Origin: a virus
IMG/VR virus record: IMGVR_UViG_3300018432_000013
Span: 1-64,000 of that record
Strand: one strand, 5' to 3'
Length of the DNA: 64,000 nt
How positions within the stretch are numbered: position 1 is the first letter of the stretch; every line of letters starts with the position of its first letter. Positions 45,560 through 55,186 of the stretch are shown here, piece after piece. The position numbers were made by a program, and so were the translations under genes. The notes under the pieces are model-generated. The model was not told where the DNA came from. It saw nothing but the letters and a program-made list of their open reading frames with translations, and did not search any database.

Positions 45560-46513
45560 TCAGGCGACGCGCACGTTCGTCGCCTTCACGACCGCGGGCT
45601 CGTAGGCGTACTTGGTGTCCATCCGCAGGGTGGCCACGATCTTGAGGATGCCCGCCGAGATATCCTTGTCGGTCTCGATGCGGATCTGACGCCAGATGCC
45701 GACGTTGATGTTCTTCGGGTCGAGCAGGAGCACGACCGAGGAGTTCGCGCCGCCGCCGAGGTTCTCAGGGAACATCGGCACCGACTGAATCGGGATGCCC
45801 GAGTAGACGACCGGCGCGTTGCCGGTGAGCTGCTCGGCTGAGATGGGCGCCATGTTCAGGCCGACCAAGCTGTCGCGGTAGTCGATCTCCGCATCGATGC
45901 TCGTGAGGTACACGAGGTCGTTTCTGCGACGCAGGTACTCGGTCGGCATGGCCTTGACCATGTCGCGGAAGATGTTCTTCGTGAGGGTCACCGTGCCGGC
46001 GTTGACGACGTTCGAGCTTGCGCCCTTCACGATGCCGTCGAACTGCGCGAGGAAGGTGTCGGTCGACGTGACGTCGCCGTTGATGACCACTTCGTCGATG
46101 TCGCGCGAGATTGCCTCGGCCATCAGCGTCATGATCGTGTTCTTGAGCGCGCCGCGCTCGATGGAGTCCTCGAGCACTTCGTTGTCGAGGTCGACCTCTG
46201 CCTTGAACAGCTTGGCGTCGAGCTCGAGTTTGCCGAGGTTCGGCTTGGCACGGTCAGCCGCGGGAAGCGCGGTGGCTTCCTGGCCCGCGCGCAAGACACG
46301 GCCGGCGAAACGAATCGTCTCGACGATGTGCTTGGGGGCCTTCATGGGGATGACCGTGGCGATCTTCAGGATCACCGCCTCCTTGATCAGGAGTCGGATG
46401 AACTTCTGCGCCTGTGCCGGCTGCAGCAGACCTCCGTCTGTCATCAGATCCGCCAGGGCGAGGTCGGCCTTGGCGAGCAGCGTCCGGTTGGACATCCCTT
46501 CGAACATGCTCAT
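45560..46513 (-). CDS. major capsid protein (HK97 fold)
   Basis: GGLLQPAQAQKFI, EVLEDSIE, VINGD; strong codon bias. Confidence 0.92.
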   Translation of the reverse strand: MSMFEGMSNRTLLAKADLALADLMTDGGLLQPAQAQKFIRLLIKEAVILKIATVIPMKAPKHIVETIRFAGRVLRAGQEATALPAADRAKPNLGKLELDAKLFKAEVDLDNEVLEDSIERGALKNTIMTLMAEAISRDIDEVVINGDVTSTDTFLAQFDGIVKGASSNVVNAGTVTLTKNIFRDMVKAMPTEYLRRRNDLVYLTSIDAEIDYRDSLVGLNMAPISAEQLTGNAPVVYSGIPIQSVPMFPENLGGGANSSVVLLLDPKNINVGIWRQIRIETDKDISAGILKIVATLRMDTKYAYEPAVVKATNVRVA

Positions 46514-46526
46514 CTGTGTCTTCCTT

Positions 46527-47564
46527 TCAGCCGTTCGCCGAGGCGCGGTCGAAGTCGTATTCGGTGTCAGAGAGGTACTTGGCGTTCATGTCAGCTGGCC
46601 AAGTCACGCGACCCGACTCGCGTTGCTTGTTCAGTTCGACCGAGAGGCGGTTGCTTTGAAGAGGCTCTTCTTCGAGCTGCTGGACGCGCTTCTTCAGCGC
46701 CTGCACCTGCGAGCGGTAGGCCTTGAGCACGCGCTCAGCGATGCTCACAAGCTTCACCGCGCCCTCCGCGTCGAAGCTCTTCTGCTGCGGCACGGGCTCA
46801 CTCTTTTCGCTGACCTCGAAGGCCTTGCCGATACCGGCGACGAGCGTCCGGTAGGCTTTTGCCTCGTCGTCCGACTTCGTGAGGGCGGCTTGCGCCGTCT
46901 CGAACTGGCTCAGCTGCACGAGCGCGTACAGCACATCGCTGATGCGCCAGCGCAGCTCTTCCGGAGGCGGCGTGTCCGTCGTGTCGACCGCGAGCGACTC
47001 GGCGACCTCGTTGAGCTTCTCACTCGCCGTCTTCAGGGCCTTCTTGAGGTCCTTGGTGGCGACCTTGCAGACACCGTCCACCCAGCCCGGAGCGGTCTGC
47101 TCCGCGGGCGCTTGGACGACGGTGCCGAGCTTACTGACCGCACTCGCGAGCGCGAGCTCGACCCCGGGAGGATCGATCTCAGACAACTCGTCTGGGGAAA
47201 CGCTCTGTGCGAGCGCAGTCAGCTCTTCGATCGCCTTAACGATCCCCGCGTACGTGGCCTTGGCCATCTTCGCGGGCGCAGGGGGCTCAGCTGCAGGGGG
47301 CGGTTCGGCCGCGCCTGGCTCACTGCCTGGCTCACTGCCTGGGCATGACGCCTTTGGGTCTGCGTTGCCCGGGGATGTTGCCTGAGACGCCTCGGTCTTC
47401 TCCGTCTTGAAGCCGCCTTTGCCGTCCTCGCGCAGCTCGTGCCCGCTCTGGTCGTCACGCTTCACGAGCAGCCAAACACGCTGATTTGCGCCGCGATCTA
47501 CGACCGAGACCTCCTTCGTGAGGATGTCCGTCAGGCGGTAAATCTTGGCTTGGGTATCAGGCAT
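46527..47564 (-). CDS. capsid scaffold-like protein
   Basis: EVSVVDRGAN motif, helical body, W..DMN end; between protease and capsid. Confidence 0.65.
   Translation of the reverse strand: MPDTQAKIYRLTDILTKEVSVVDRGANQRVWLLVKRDDQSGHELREDGKGGFKTEKTEASQATSPGNADPKASCPGSEPGSEPGAAEPPPAAEPPAPAKMAKATYAGIVKAIEELTALAQSVSPDELSEIDPPGVELALASAVSKLGTVVQAPAEQTAPGWVDGVCKVATKDLKKALKTASEKLNEVAESLAVDTTDTPPPEELRWRISDVLYALVQLSQFETAQAALTKSDDEAKAYRTLVAGIGKAFEVSEKSEPVPQQKSFDAEGAVKLVSIAERVLKAYRSQVQALKKRVQQLEEEPLQSNRLSVELNKQRESGRVTWPADMNAKYLSDTEYDFDRASANG
47313..47342. repeat. 12-bp tandem repeat x2.5 (PGSE)
   Basis: GCCTGGCTCACT repeated. Confidence 0.8.
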
Positions 47565-47617
47565 GATCCGCTCCGGAGGGTATCAACGATTTTCCGTGCC
47601 GCGCAACACCTTAGCCT

Positions 47618-49594
47618 TTACGCGGCTGTATCTTCTGCGGTACGGATGGCCGATCCACCGATCGAGAAGCCGGTAAAGACCCCCGCCTTGACCGCGCCCC
47701 AGAGCTCGTCGGACTCAACCAGGACACCCATCAACCAGGTGCCCTTCTTGACTGCCTGACCGCCTATTTCGCAGTCCACAGGCGCGACGTAGGACTCCAC
47801 GATGCGGACAGAGTCATTGATCAGCGTCTGGTGCATCAGGCCGGTGTTTTGGTAAAACGCCATGAAGCGATAGGCGCTCTTACGGATTTCTTCCGCTGAA
47901 TAGATATCGCCCTGCGAGTCGACGGTTTCAGGCTCGAGAACGACGCCGAGCACGAAGCGCTCGTCCTCATCAGCGGTGCCCTTGAGCACATGCACTTCGC
48001 GCTTGTTGATCTCCGCGGCCGAGCCTTCTTCGATCACAGGCACGATGGTGTCGATGTATTCGACCTCGACCTCACCCGGCACCGGGTGCGACGCGACGAA
48101 GATCTTGTGGGCAAGCCCCGGCAATGTGAACGGCCGACCGAGCTGCTCAAGAAGCTTGCGCGCTTCGGTGGAGTCCGCACCGCCGACCAGAAACTTCTCG
48201 GTTCGGCTGACCAGCTGCGGGAGCTGCTCTGGAATGGGCTCTTCGAAGAAGGCGAGCGCGAGCTCCTCGGTCATCACGCCTTCACCGCGCCCGAACTCGA
48301 CTGCGCGCACGAACGCATCCGGCGTCTCTGCGAACGCTCTGTAGAGCGCTGCCTCAAGGCGCGCTTCAGGCATCAGCTCTGCGAACACATCGGGCGAGGC
48401 AGGAAAGGGCTCGGCGACGTAGTGCTTCACGAACGTGCGGCGCGGGACCTCGTTCACGAGCCGCACCGTGTCATCGGTGAAGAGCTGCGCCTGCACGAGC
48501 TGATCGCGAATCTCGCGCGGGTCCTGTCCGCAAGCAGACTTCCAGTACCTGAGTTCAGGCGGAACATCCCACTCAAGGGATGGAGGGAGCGCACTCTCGC
48601 CCTCCGGAGGCATGTACCCGCTCTGCACCGCATTCTCGGTCAGCACGTACGGCAGGAGACTCTTGCGCAACATCACGCTGCTCTTGCCCACGACGAGCAC
48701 GCCGCGCAGGGCGCCTGACACGAAGAGCTCCGTGAACGCATCCGTGCGCGCGCCGCGCGTGAAGCCAAACTTCCCGATCGACGCGCGCTCGGACACCTTC
48801 GCAAGACCCACGTACGGCGCCTCGCGCGGCTCGAGAAACGCGACGTGCAGCGCTGAACCAGCCGGCGTGAAGCGCGCTGCGGCCTTCTCCATGTCGACCC
48901 GCGACACCGCACCTGGCACGAACAGCTCGACGTTCTCTCCGAGCTTGATGACGATGCCGTCCGGCCGCTGAAAGAGCTCTCCCTCCTGCACGACCAAGCG
49001 CGGATCACTACGCACCTTGATGGCCTCGGCGTAGAGCGCCTGCTCGTCGTTCTTGATCGGCATGTCGCGCCTCTCAAGCTCCTCGTGAACGAGCGCGGCG
49101 GCCTCGACGATGCGCTCACGGGAAATGCCCGTCACGCTCATCACCTGCATGTTCTTGGCGAAGTTCACCTCGAACAGATGCGCGAGCCGGCGATTGAGGT
49201 GAATGAGCGCAGTCGTGTCGCTCTTGCGAACATCGGCGCGGGTGACGCCGTCGACGATCTGCTTTTGGAGTGCGTGGATACGCTCCTCTGCGTCGCAGAG
49301 CTCCTGCCAGGCGTCGACACGCGTCGACTTACGCAACGGATGCTCTGCAGGCAGCAAGTCCACGTCTGGGGTAGTGCCCTGATCATCGAGCGCCTTGAGA
49401 AACTGCTCGACGCGCGTGACCATCCACGGCTTCGGGTCCGCGCCTGGATAGGCAGCAGACTTCCAGTCCGCCAGCGCCCGCTCTGCGACCTTCCGCAAGC
49501 CAAGCACCGAGACCCGAAACTTCGGGTCCTTGGTCTGATGCAGGTCAGCGTAGTACTTGCTGACCTGCAGCGTCAGCGTCTCGGGTTTGGCCAC
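47618..49594 (-). CDS. XkdF-like prohead protease with ~520 aa multi-domain N-terminal extension
   Basis: VLEPETVDSQGDIYSAEEIRKSA..MH..VESY..GFSIGG. Confidence 0.85.
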   Translation of the reverse strand: MAKPETLTLQVSKYYADLHQTKDPKFRVSVLGLRKVAERALADWKSAAYPGADPKPWMVTRVEQFLKALDDQGTTPDVDLLPAEHPLRKSTRVDAWQELCDAEERIHALQKQIVDGVTRADVRKSDTTALIHLNRRLAHLFEVNFAKNMQVMSVTGISRERIVEAAALVHEELERRDMPIKNDEQALYAEAIKVRSDPRLVVQEGELFQRPDGIVIKLGENVELFVPGAVSRVDMEKAAARFTPAGSALHVAFLEPREAPYVGLAKVSERASIGKFGFTRGARTDAFTELFVSGALRGVLVVGKSSVMLRKSLLPYVLTENAVQSGYMPPEGESALPPSLEWDVPPELRYWKSACGQDPREIRDQLVQAQLFTDDTVRLVNEVPRRTFVKHYVAEPFPASPDVFAELMPEARLEAALYRAFAETPDAFVRAVEFGRGEGVMTEELALAFFEEPIPEQLPQLVSRTEKFLVGGADSTEARKLLEQLGRPFTLPGLAHKIFVASHPVPGEVEVEYIDTIVPVIEEGSAAEINKREVHVLKGTADEDERFVLGVVLEPETVDSQGDIYSAEEIRKSAYRFMAFYQNTGLMHQTLINDSVRIVESYVAPVDCEIGGQAVKKGTWLMGVLVESDELWGAVKAGVFTGFSIGGSAIRTAEDTAA

Positions 49595-49621
49595 CAGCGC
49601 ACCTCCAGAAGAGCCGAAGGC

Positions 49622-50209
49622 TCAGCGCGGGTCAGAGCCCCACTGATAGTCCGTGTCCTTGTCGGCGCGCGAAGGCTTGATGCACTTGGCGAGGTCCGTC
49701 GGCCATTCCGGCACCGCAGCATCTCCACCTTCCGCACCCGCCTCCGCGCCGGCTGCCGCTGTGCTGCTGGCGGCCGCGCCGGGCTTGTCCTGCGGACGAT
49801 TGGAGCCGAGCTCCTTGATCATCTGCTCGAGGTAGTTACCGAACGAGGCGCTCTTGGCCGTCCAGTTCGTCTTGCCGTCGGCTTGCTGGTACGTGGGCGA
49901 CACCTCGGTCTCGGTGGTGTCAAGCTGCTCCTCGTCCTTGTAGATCACGACGTTCGGGAGCTCGCCGGGCTTGAACTCGAACTTCGTGATCTTGTCGACC
50001 TCTGCCTTGAGCGCGCCGAGGCGCTTTTTGGCAACCTCAGGCTTTTTGGCCGCTGCGTCCTTGCGGGCCTTTTCGACCTGCTCCTTGGCGTAGACGCCGA
50101 ACTCCTTCGCCGTCATCTTCTTCTCGGCGGGCTCGGCCGCGGGCTGCTCGGTAGCAGCTTCCTCGCTCAGGCACGCATCGAGTTCCTTCGAGAGCTTGTC
50201 GAAATCCAT
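49622..50209 (-). CDS. charged hypothetical protein
   Basis: AAGGAG SD before ATG 50209; WPTDL motif like scaffold end. Confidence 0.7.
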   Translation of the reverse strand: MDFDKLSKELDACLSEEAATEQPAAEPAEKKMTAKEFGVYAKEQVEKARKDAAAKKPEVAKKRLGALKAEVDKITKFEFKPGELPNVVIYKDEEQLDTTETEVSPTYQQADGKTNWTAKSASFGNYLEQMIKELGSNRPQDKPGAAASSTAAAGAEAGAEGGDAAVPEWPTDLAKCIKPSRADKDTDYQWGSDPR

Positions 50210-50223
50210 AGAGGTCTCCTTCG

Positions 50224-50556
50224 TCAGGTCGGCAGCCAAATCAGATCGCGCCCGTTGTCAGCGCACCAGGTATCCTTGCCCTCGCGCGACGGCGCGTACG
50301 GAATGCCGTCGAGCTCGCAGCGAAGCGCTTTCGGAAGCTCGTCGAGCGCGCGCTGCACGGCCCAACCCACCTCATTGCGCAACACGAGCAGCCACTTCGA
50401 CGCGATCTGCGTGCGCCGCTTGAACTCGTCGCGCGTCATGGTGGAGCCGTCCGCGAGGAACGACCCACCAACCACCTCAGCCAAAGACTCGACGACCTCG
50501 CGGAGCTTCTGAGGCTCCTCGCGAAACGCGAGATACAGGTGCGTGAGCGTATCCAC
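50224..50556 (-). CDS. hypothetical protein
   Basis: GTG start; TGATACCAT -10 at 50595-50603. Confidence 0.65.
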   Translation of the reverse strand: MDTLTHLYLAFREEPQKLREVVESLAEVVGGSFLADGSTMTRDEFKRRTQIASKWLLVLRNEVGWAVQRALDELPKALRCELDGIPYAPSREGKDTWCADNGRDLIWLPT

Positions 50557-50642
50557 CGTTCTCTTCCCCCAAAGAGATAGGCCAACTGGCCTGGATGGTA
50601 TCAGGGATGATCCGCGTCGCAAAAGCTATCCGTGTGTCCCCG

Positions 50643-51695
50643 TCACACGTTGGCCACGGGGGTGCAGCGACAGCGCCCATGAATGGGCGGGATACACGCC
50701 CCTACAGCCTCAAGCTTCTCGGTCGTGTACGTGGTCCGGTATTCGCCGACGTCGTCTCGCTCCCCGACTCCCGAACGCAGCACGGTCGCGATCTCGCGCC
50801 GATGCCCGAACGCCTTCGTATAGAGCACTTTTTCGCCGAACTCGTTGCGCCCCACCCGGATCCACGGCGCCGCCTCTTTGCTGCTGTCGAGGTTTCCGGC
50901 CATGCGCTCGAACACCCCGAGCGCGCCCGCAGTCGTGAAGGTCTGCCCGTGCAAGAACCTGCAGACGTCGCAAGTGACCTCGTCGAGCACAGCGTCGTAT
51001 GTCCAGGTTGGGATCTCCGCGTCCCGGAACGCCGTCATCTGTCCATACGTGCGGGCGTAGCCGACGAAAGCCCCCGCCACGATGTCGAGGTAGTTCGCCT
51101 GGCGAGCGAGCACGACCTCTGGTGAGAGCAGGGCTTCGAGCTGGCGTACGAGGTACTTACGCGTCCAGCCCTCCGCGAGCGCCTGCCCGACAAGCGCGCG
51201 CATCTCCTGGTTGAGCGCGGTGTTGCGCGCCTGCATGGCGGCCGCCACGTAGAAGGCCTGCCCGTCTGCGAGGTGCTGCACCACCGCATCGTTGACGAGG
51301 TCGAGCTCGGGCAGCGCAACATCCTTGAGCGCGCGCAGACGCGCAAGCGCGACGAGCGCCTCTGCCTCCTCCGCGAATACGGGCGCCGTGACCTTGGCGT
51401 AAAGGGCAGGGCGGGGCAGGGCGAGCTCTGCGCGCTGCAGAAAGTCCTCGCGCTCCGCCGCCGTGAGATCCTGAAAGTCCACGCCGAGCGCGCGCAGCAC
51501 CCGCGCTGCAAACGACTCGTCAAGCTTCTCGGTCGCCGCCATGAGCTCGCGCTGAATCCGCGCAACGATCCGATCGAAGCCCCTTCGCTTAGTTGGGTCG
51601 TCCGCCTTCTCGAGCACCTCGTACCCGAGCGAGAACAAGATCTCGTCCGTTGCGCGCAGCCCGCGAATCAGCGCGTGATCGTCGCAGCAGCTCAC
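50643..51695 (-). CDS. head morphogenesis protein (SPP1 gp7 / Mu gpF family)
   Basis: AVLDEVTCDVCRFLHG, PPIHGRCRC. Confidence 0.9.
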   Translation of the reverse strand: MSCCDDHALIRGLRATDEILFSLGYEVLEKADDPTKRRGFDRIVARIQRELMAATEKLDESFAARVLRALGVDFQDLTAAEREDFLQRAELALPRPALYAKVTAPVFAEEAEALVALARLRALKDVALPELDLVNDAVVQHLADGQAFYVAAAMQARNTALNQEMRALVGQALAEGWTRKYLVRQLEALLSPEVVLARQANYLDIVAGAFVGYARTYGQMTAFRDAEIPTWTYDAVLDEVTCDVCRFLHGQTFTTAGALGVFERMAGNLDSSKEAAPWIRVGRNEFGEKVLYTKAFGHRREIATVLRSGVGERDDVGEYRTTYTTEKLEAVGACIPPIHGRCRCTPVANV

Positions 51696-52018
51696 TGGAA
51701 ATCTACCTCGACCTCTGCGTGCGCTTGCGATGAATCAATGACGCTGAGCCAGTGGCGAATGCGCACCTCGAGTGCGAAGCGGGCGTAGGGCCCAATCATC
51801 CATCGCCAGCGCTGGTACCAATCCAGCTTCACCACCACGTGAAGACGCGGCCAACCGCCGCCCTCGCCAAACACCAGTGTTCCGTCAATGCAGACGTTGC
51901 GATAGCCCAAGCTGTGCGCGGCAAGCACCGCGGCATCGATCACGCGCTGCTTTTCAATGCGACGGTCGTGGCAGCGAACCTCGACCTCCACATGATAGGG
52001 CGAAGACGCCGCCGTCAC
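51692..52018 (-). CDS. hypothetical protein
   Basis: GTGA coupling on both sides. Confidence 0.6.
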   Translation of the reverse strand: MTAASSPYHVEVEVRCHDRRIEKQRVIDAAVLAAHSLGYRNVCIDGTLVFGEGGGWPRLHVVVKLDWYQRWRWMIGPYARFALEVRIRHWLSVIDSSQAHAEVEVDFQ

Positions 52019-53988
52019 GGCTCGACCTCACCCGCAGGCGCCCGCGCGCGCTCCGCTTCCGTCCGCGTGACGAGCTTTCGCGTCACGACACGCGCCATCT
52101 TGTTTCGAAGCGCGACGAGCACGCTCGCAATCTCGTCGAGGTCCTCCTCGTCGACCTCGACCTCGAACTGCTTGCGCGCAGGCGTCACGCGCTGCTTGGG
52201 CGGCTTGGGCGGCTTGTTGCCACCGAACTGCCCGTTCGGCGTGCGTCCCTGGCCATCTGCGGGCGCCTGGTTGTCGCCCGTCTCAGTTGTCGACGACTCG
52301 GGCTCGGAGTTCGGCGCCTGGTTGTCCGGGTTGGTGTCTTCTGCTTCCGGCGTGGAGGCGCCGAGCCCGTCTGACTGGTTGACGCTCGCCAGGGTGAGCT
52401 TGAGCGGCATGTCAGCCCAGGGCGCGTCGATGCGCGGGAAGTTGCGGTTGAAGACCCCCTGCGAGAGCTCCATCAGGATGTTGGGCGGGATGAAGTCCTG
52501 CAGATCGTGAATCATCTTGGCGAGCGACTCTGGATCGCGCTGCGTTGGGCCGTTCGACTTGAGCTTCCAACGCTTGACGTTGAGCGCCGGCAGGATGTCG
52601 CGGTTCATGCGGTAGTCGAACGTCTGGCGCTCCGGCTCGAACACCTGCCGCTCTGCGAAATCCAGGGCGGCCATCGCTGTACTGCGGTTGAAGTCGCGCG
52701 TGTCGCCACGCAGCATCCTGGGCAGTCGAAACGACATGCCCACCTTGTCGATATTACGCTCGTCGTAGTTCTGAAAGAGCCCGTCCGAGTTCTGCGCTTC
52801 CGTGAGCGGCTTGAGCTCGATCTTCATGCGGCCCGAGTTCTCAAACGCCTGCGACTCACCACCCTCCGCCTCGATGACGAGAATCTTGTGGTAGTTCTGC
52901 TTGCCGCGGATGTTGTTGGTGATGAAGCTCTCGAGCCGCTCGGTCGAGTCCTTCGTCAACCTGCCTCCCGAGACGAGCACCGCGAGTGGCGGCACGCTCT
53001 TGTTCTCGAAGTAGCTGAAGTTGACCTCTTCGGACTGGCGCGAGCCGAAGACGCTGAGCAGGTTTCCGATCCAACGCGGCACGCCGTACGCCGTACGCGA
53101 AGAGGGCACCTTGAAGTGCATCATCTCGGTAGCCGCAGTGCTGTGCTTCTCGTCGAGCTGCATCGCGTCGACGTCCGCAAACGCCTTGCCCGAGCGCGAG
53201 CTCACAACGCGTGGATCTCCAAACTCCTTGAAGAAGACCGCTTGCCCGGCGACCTTCTGAATGTAGCGGCGAAACCGGCGCTTGCGTGTGACGTCCTCGA
53301 AGTCCTGGGTGGGCGTGCGCCGCTTGGTTTTGTACTCGGTCATCTCGACGTCGAGCTTCGTCAGGCGCACGGTGAAGGCTTCGACGTAGTTGAACTGGGA
53401 AATCCCGCCCACTCGATTGCGAACGACCTCCCAGTACCCGTTGCCGGTAATCTCGACGTCCTCTCGCGTGCGGCGGCGCAAGTCGACGAAGCTCATCTCT
53501 GAGCAGTCGTCGAAGAACGCCGCCAGCTTCAGCGTCTCGGCGCGCTGCTCGTTGGCGAGCTGCTTGATACGCTGCTGCACCTCTTCGTCGGTCGGCTCTT
53601 CCACCTGCACGTTGTCGCTGTCGCCCTGGCGCTCCATGGCGATCAGTGCGCGCACGTCATCTTCGGTAGAGTCAGCCTCGAGATCGGTCACCGCAGTGAA
53701 CGCATGGCCGAAGCCGTCGATGTTCGTCGCGTACGCGTCGACATTCTGGCGCAGCGCATTGCTGTGCTCGAACAGCAGCACGAGCACGCGTGGGTCGTAG
53801 GGCGGCTCAAGCGCCCCGCGCTCGCTGAAGAACTGCTCATCCTCTTCGATGTTCTGAATCGCGCGTGTCTCGAGCACGCCTTCGTCACGCAGCTTGATGA
53901 TGCGTGCGCGCACCTCGCCGATGCGCGGGTCTCGCCCAAACCCATTTTCATCGACCGGCGCAGCCGTCGTTTCAGTCTCATCTGCCAC
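52015..53988 (-). CDS. portal protein (PBSX-like)
   Basis: GNGYWEVVRN, YGVPRW, YFENKSVP, FRLPRMLRG..NRSTA. Confidence 0.92.
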   Translation of the reverse strand: MADETETTAAPVDENGFGRDPRIGEVRARIIKLRDEGVLETRAIQNIEEDEQFFSERGALEPPYDPRVLVLLFEHSNALRQNVDAYATNIDGFGHAFTAVTDLEADSTEDDVRALIAMERQGDSDNVQVEEPTDEEVQQRIKQLANEQRAETLKLAAFFDDCSEMSFVDLRRRTREDVEITGNGYWEVVRNRVGGISQFNYVEAFTVRLTKLDVEMTEYKTKRRTPTQDFEDVTRKRRFRRYIQKVAGQAVFFKEFGDPRVVSSRSGKAFADVDAMQLDEKHSTAATEMMHFKVPSSRTAYGVPRWIGNLLSVFGSRQSEEVNFSYFENKSVPPLAVLVSGGRLTKDSTERLESFITNNIRGKQNYHKILVIEAEGGESQAFENSGRMKIELKPLTEAQNSDGLFQNYDERNIDKVGMSFRLPRMLRGDTRDFNRSTAMAALDFAERQVFEPERQTFDYRMNRDILPALNVKRWKLKSNGPTQRDPESLAKMIHDLQDFIPPNILMELSQGVFNRNFPRIDAPWADMPLKLTLASVNQSDGLGASTPEAEDTNPDNQAPNSEPESSTTETGDNQAPADGQGRTPNGQFGGNKPPKPPKQRVTPARKQFEVEVDEEDLDEIASVLVALRNKMARVVTRKLVTRTEAERARAPAGEVEP

Positions 53989-53996
53989 AGCGAACC

Positions 53997-54284
53997 TCAG
54001 CTTTGCTGCACACCTGCAATCAGCATGGTGGCGCTACCCGCGGCCACGCACTTCACACGAACCGAGAACGCATAGAAGTTGATGCCCAAAAAACCAGGCG
54101 CGGTAAACGTGCCGCCGTAGTCCTGGTAGTGGGCGCCGTCGGCGGAGATCTGCACCTGGTACTCCCCCGACGGAAGGTCGTAAATCTGCACGACCTTCTC
54201 TTTGAGGTGGTAGACAGTCAGCGGCGTACCGACGGCATCAAGCGTGGTCGGCACATCGAGTGCCAGCGAATACGGTCGCGACAT
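53997..54284 (-). CDS. hypothetical beta-rich protein
   Basis: ORF in operon. Confidence 0.6.
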   Translation of the reverse strand: MSRPYSLALDVPTTLDAVGTPLTVYHLKEKVVQIYDLPSGEYQVQISADGAHYQDYGGTFTAPGFLGINFYAFSVRVKCVAAGSATMLIAGVQQS

Positions 54285-54288
54285 GGGC

Positions 54289-54525
54289 TCACCCTTCTTT
54301 CACGTAGACGATGATCGCTTCGATTGCGCGGCCCGACCTGCTCGCGCGGAAGTTCACACTCTGCACCTGCCGCCCATCTCGCTCAGCGCGACCTCTGGCA
54401 CGTGCAAGCGCATCGTCGTGGCTCTTCACGTCGGTCAGCACGAACCGAAGCAAGAGTGCGCGCTTGCCGTCCTTGCCCGGCTGGTCACCGAACACCTCGA
54501 TGGGCAGCTTCTTTGGGAGCTCCAT
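54289..54525 (-). CDS. hypothetical protein
   Basis: ORF in operon. Confidence 0.6.
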   Translation of the reverse strand: MELPKKLPIEVFGDQPGKDGKRALLLRFVLTDVKSHDDALARARGRAERDGRQVQSVNFRASRSGRAIEAIIVYVKEG

Positions 54526-54532
54526 GGTCCGC

Positions 54533-55150
54533 TCACTTGCTCGCGTAGAGCGAGCGCAACCGCGCCCGATCCTGGTCAGACAGCAGATACGTGCGTCCGC
54601 CCTCGAGCGACTTGTCCGTCATCAAACTCGACGCATTCGCATCGTGCGCGAGCCCAAGCACATGCCCGAGCTCATGCCGAACAACCGCATGCGCGATGTC
54701 CTCAAGCGCCAGATTCGAGAGGTAGACGGTGCAGACCACGACCTTGCTCGTCGTCAGGTCCGCAACATGACGCACGCGACCGGCTGGGTTGAAACCGCCC
54801 TGCTCGAACGGCACATCAAAGTCTGCGATCACGTCCGCCTGCGCACTCTGGCTCGCAGCGAGCTGCTCAAGTATGTCCAGGCCAAGCTCAGCCTCGAGCG
54901 ACTCCACCGCTTCATAGAACATCTCGTGCTGCCAGGGAGATCCGCCGACCACGTGCGTCTTGAGCGGCATCGGCTTCTGCCACACCACCTCGGTGCAGTC
55001 CCCGACATAGTCGAATGAGCCGTCCGCGCGCACGCAGCCACGCAAGAGGTCCGCCTCTTCGTGCGTCCGAACGCCGTAGATCAGCAGGCCGATCATCGCC
55101 GCCGCGAACGCTACAAAGCCGACTAACGCCCATCGTTCCTTCATCGTCAT
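54533..55150 (-). CDS. membrane-anchored matrixin-like (M10) metalloprotease
   Basis: HELGHVLGLAH, SSLM Met-turn, N-terminal TM. Confidence 0.88.
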   Translation of the reverse strand: MTMKERWALVGFVAFAAAMIGLLIYGVRTHEEADLLRGCVRADGSFDYVGDCTEVVWQKPMPLKTHVVGGSPWQHEMFYEAVESLEAELGLDILEQLAASQSAQADVIADFDVPFEQGGFNPAGRVRHVADLTTSKVVVCTVYLSNLALEDIAHAVVRHELGHVLGLAHDANASSLMTDKSLEGGRTYLLSDQDRARLRSLYASK

Positions 55151-55167
55151 AGGCCCCTCAACTTGGT

Positions 55168-55177
55168 GTTGGTGCCC
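55168..55177 (-). promoter_or_regulatory. RGGCACYAAC motif
   Basis: 17 nt before ATG 55150, GAGGGG SD between. Confidence 0.6.
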
Positions 55178-55186
55178 GATCGCGGC

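Noticed and set aside
47313-47342. 12-bp tandem repeat as a regulatory or phase-variable element
   Set aside because: In-frame PGSE repeat within a disordered linker.
45897-50512. Long + strand ORFs opposite structural genes (e.g. 45897..47348, 49085..50512)
   Set aside because: Antisense shadows of GC-rich coding sequence without recognisable motifs.
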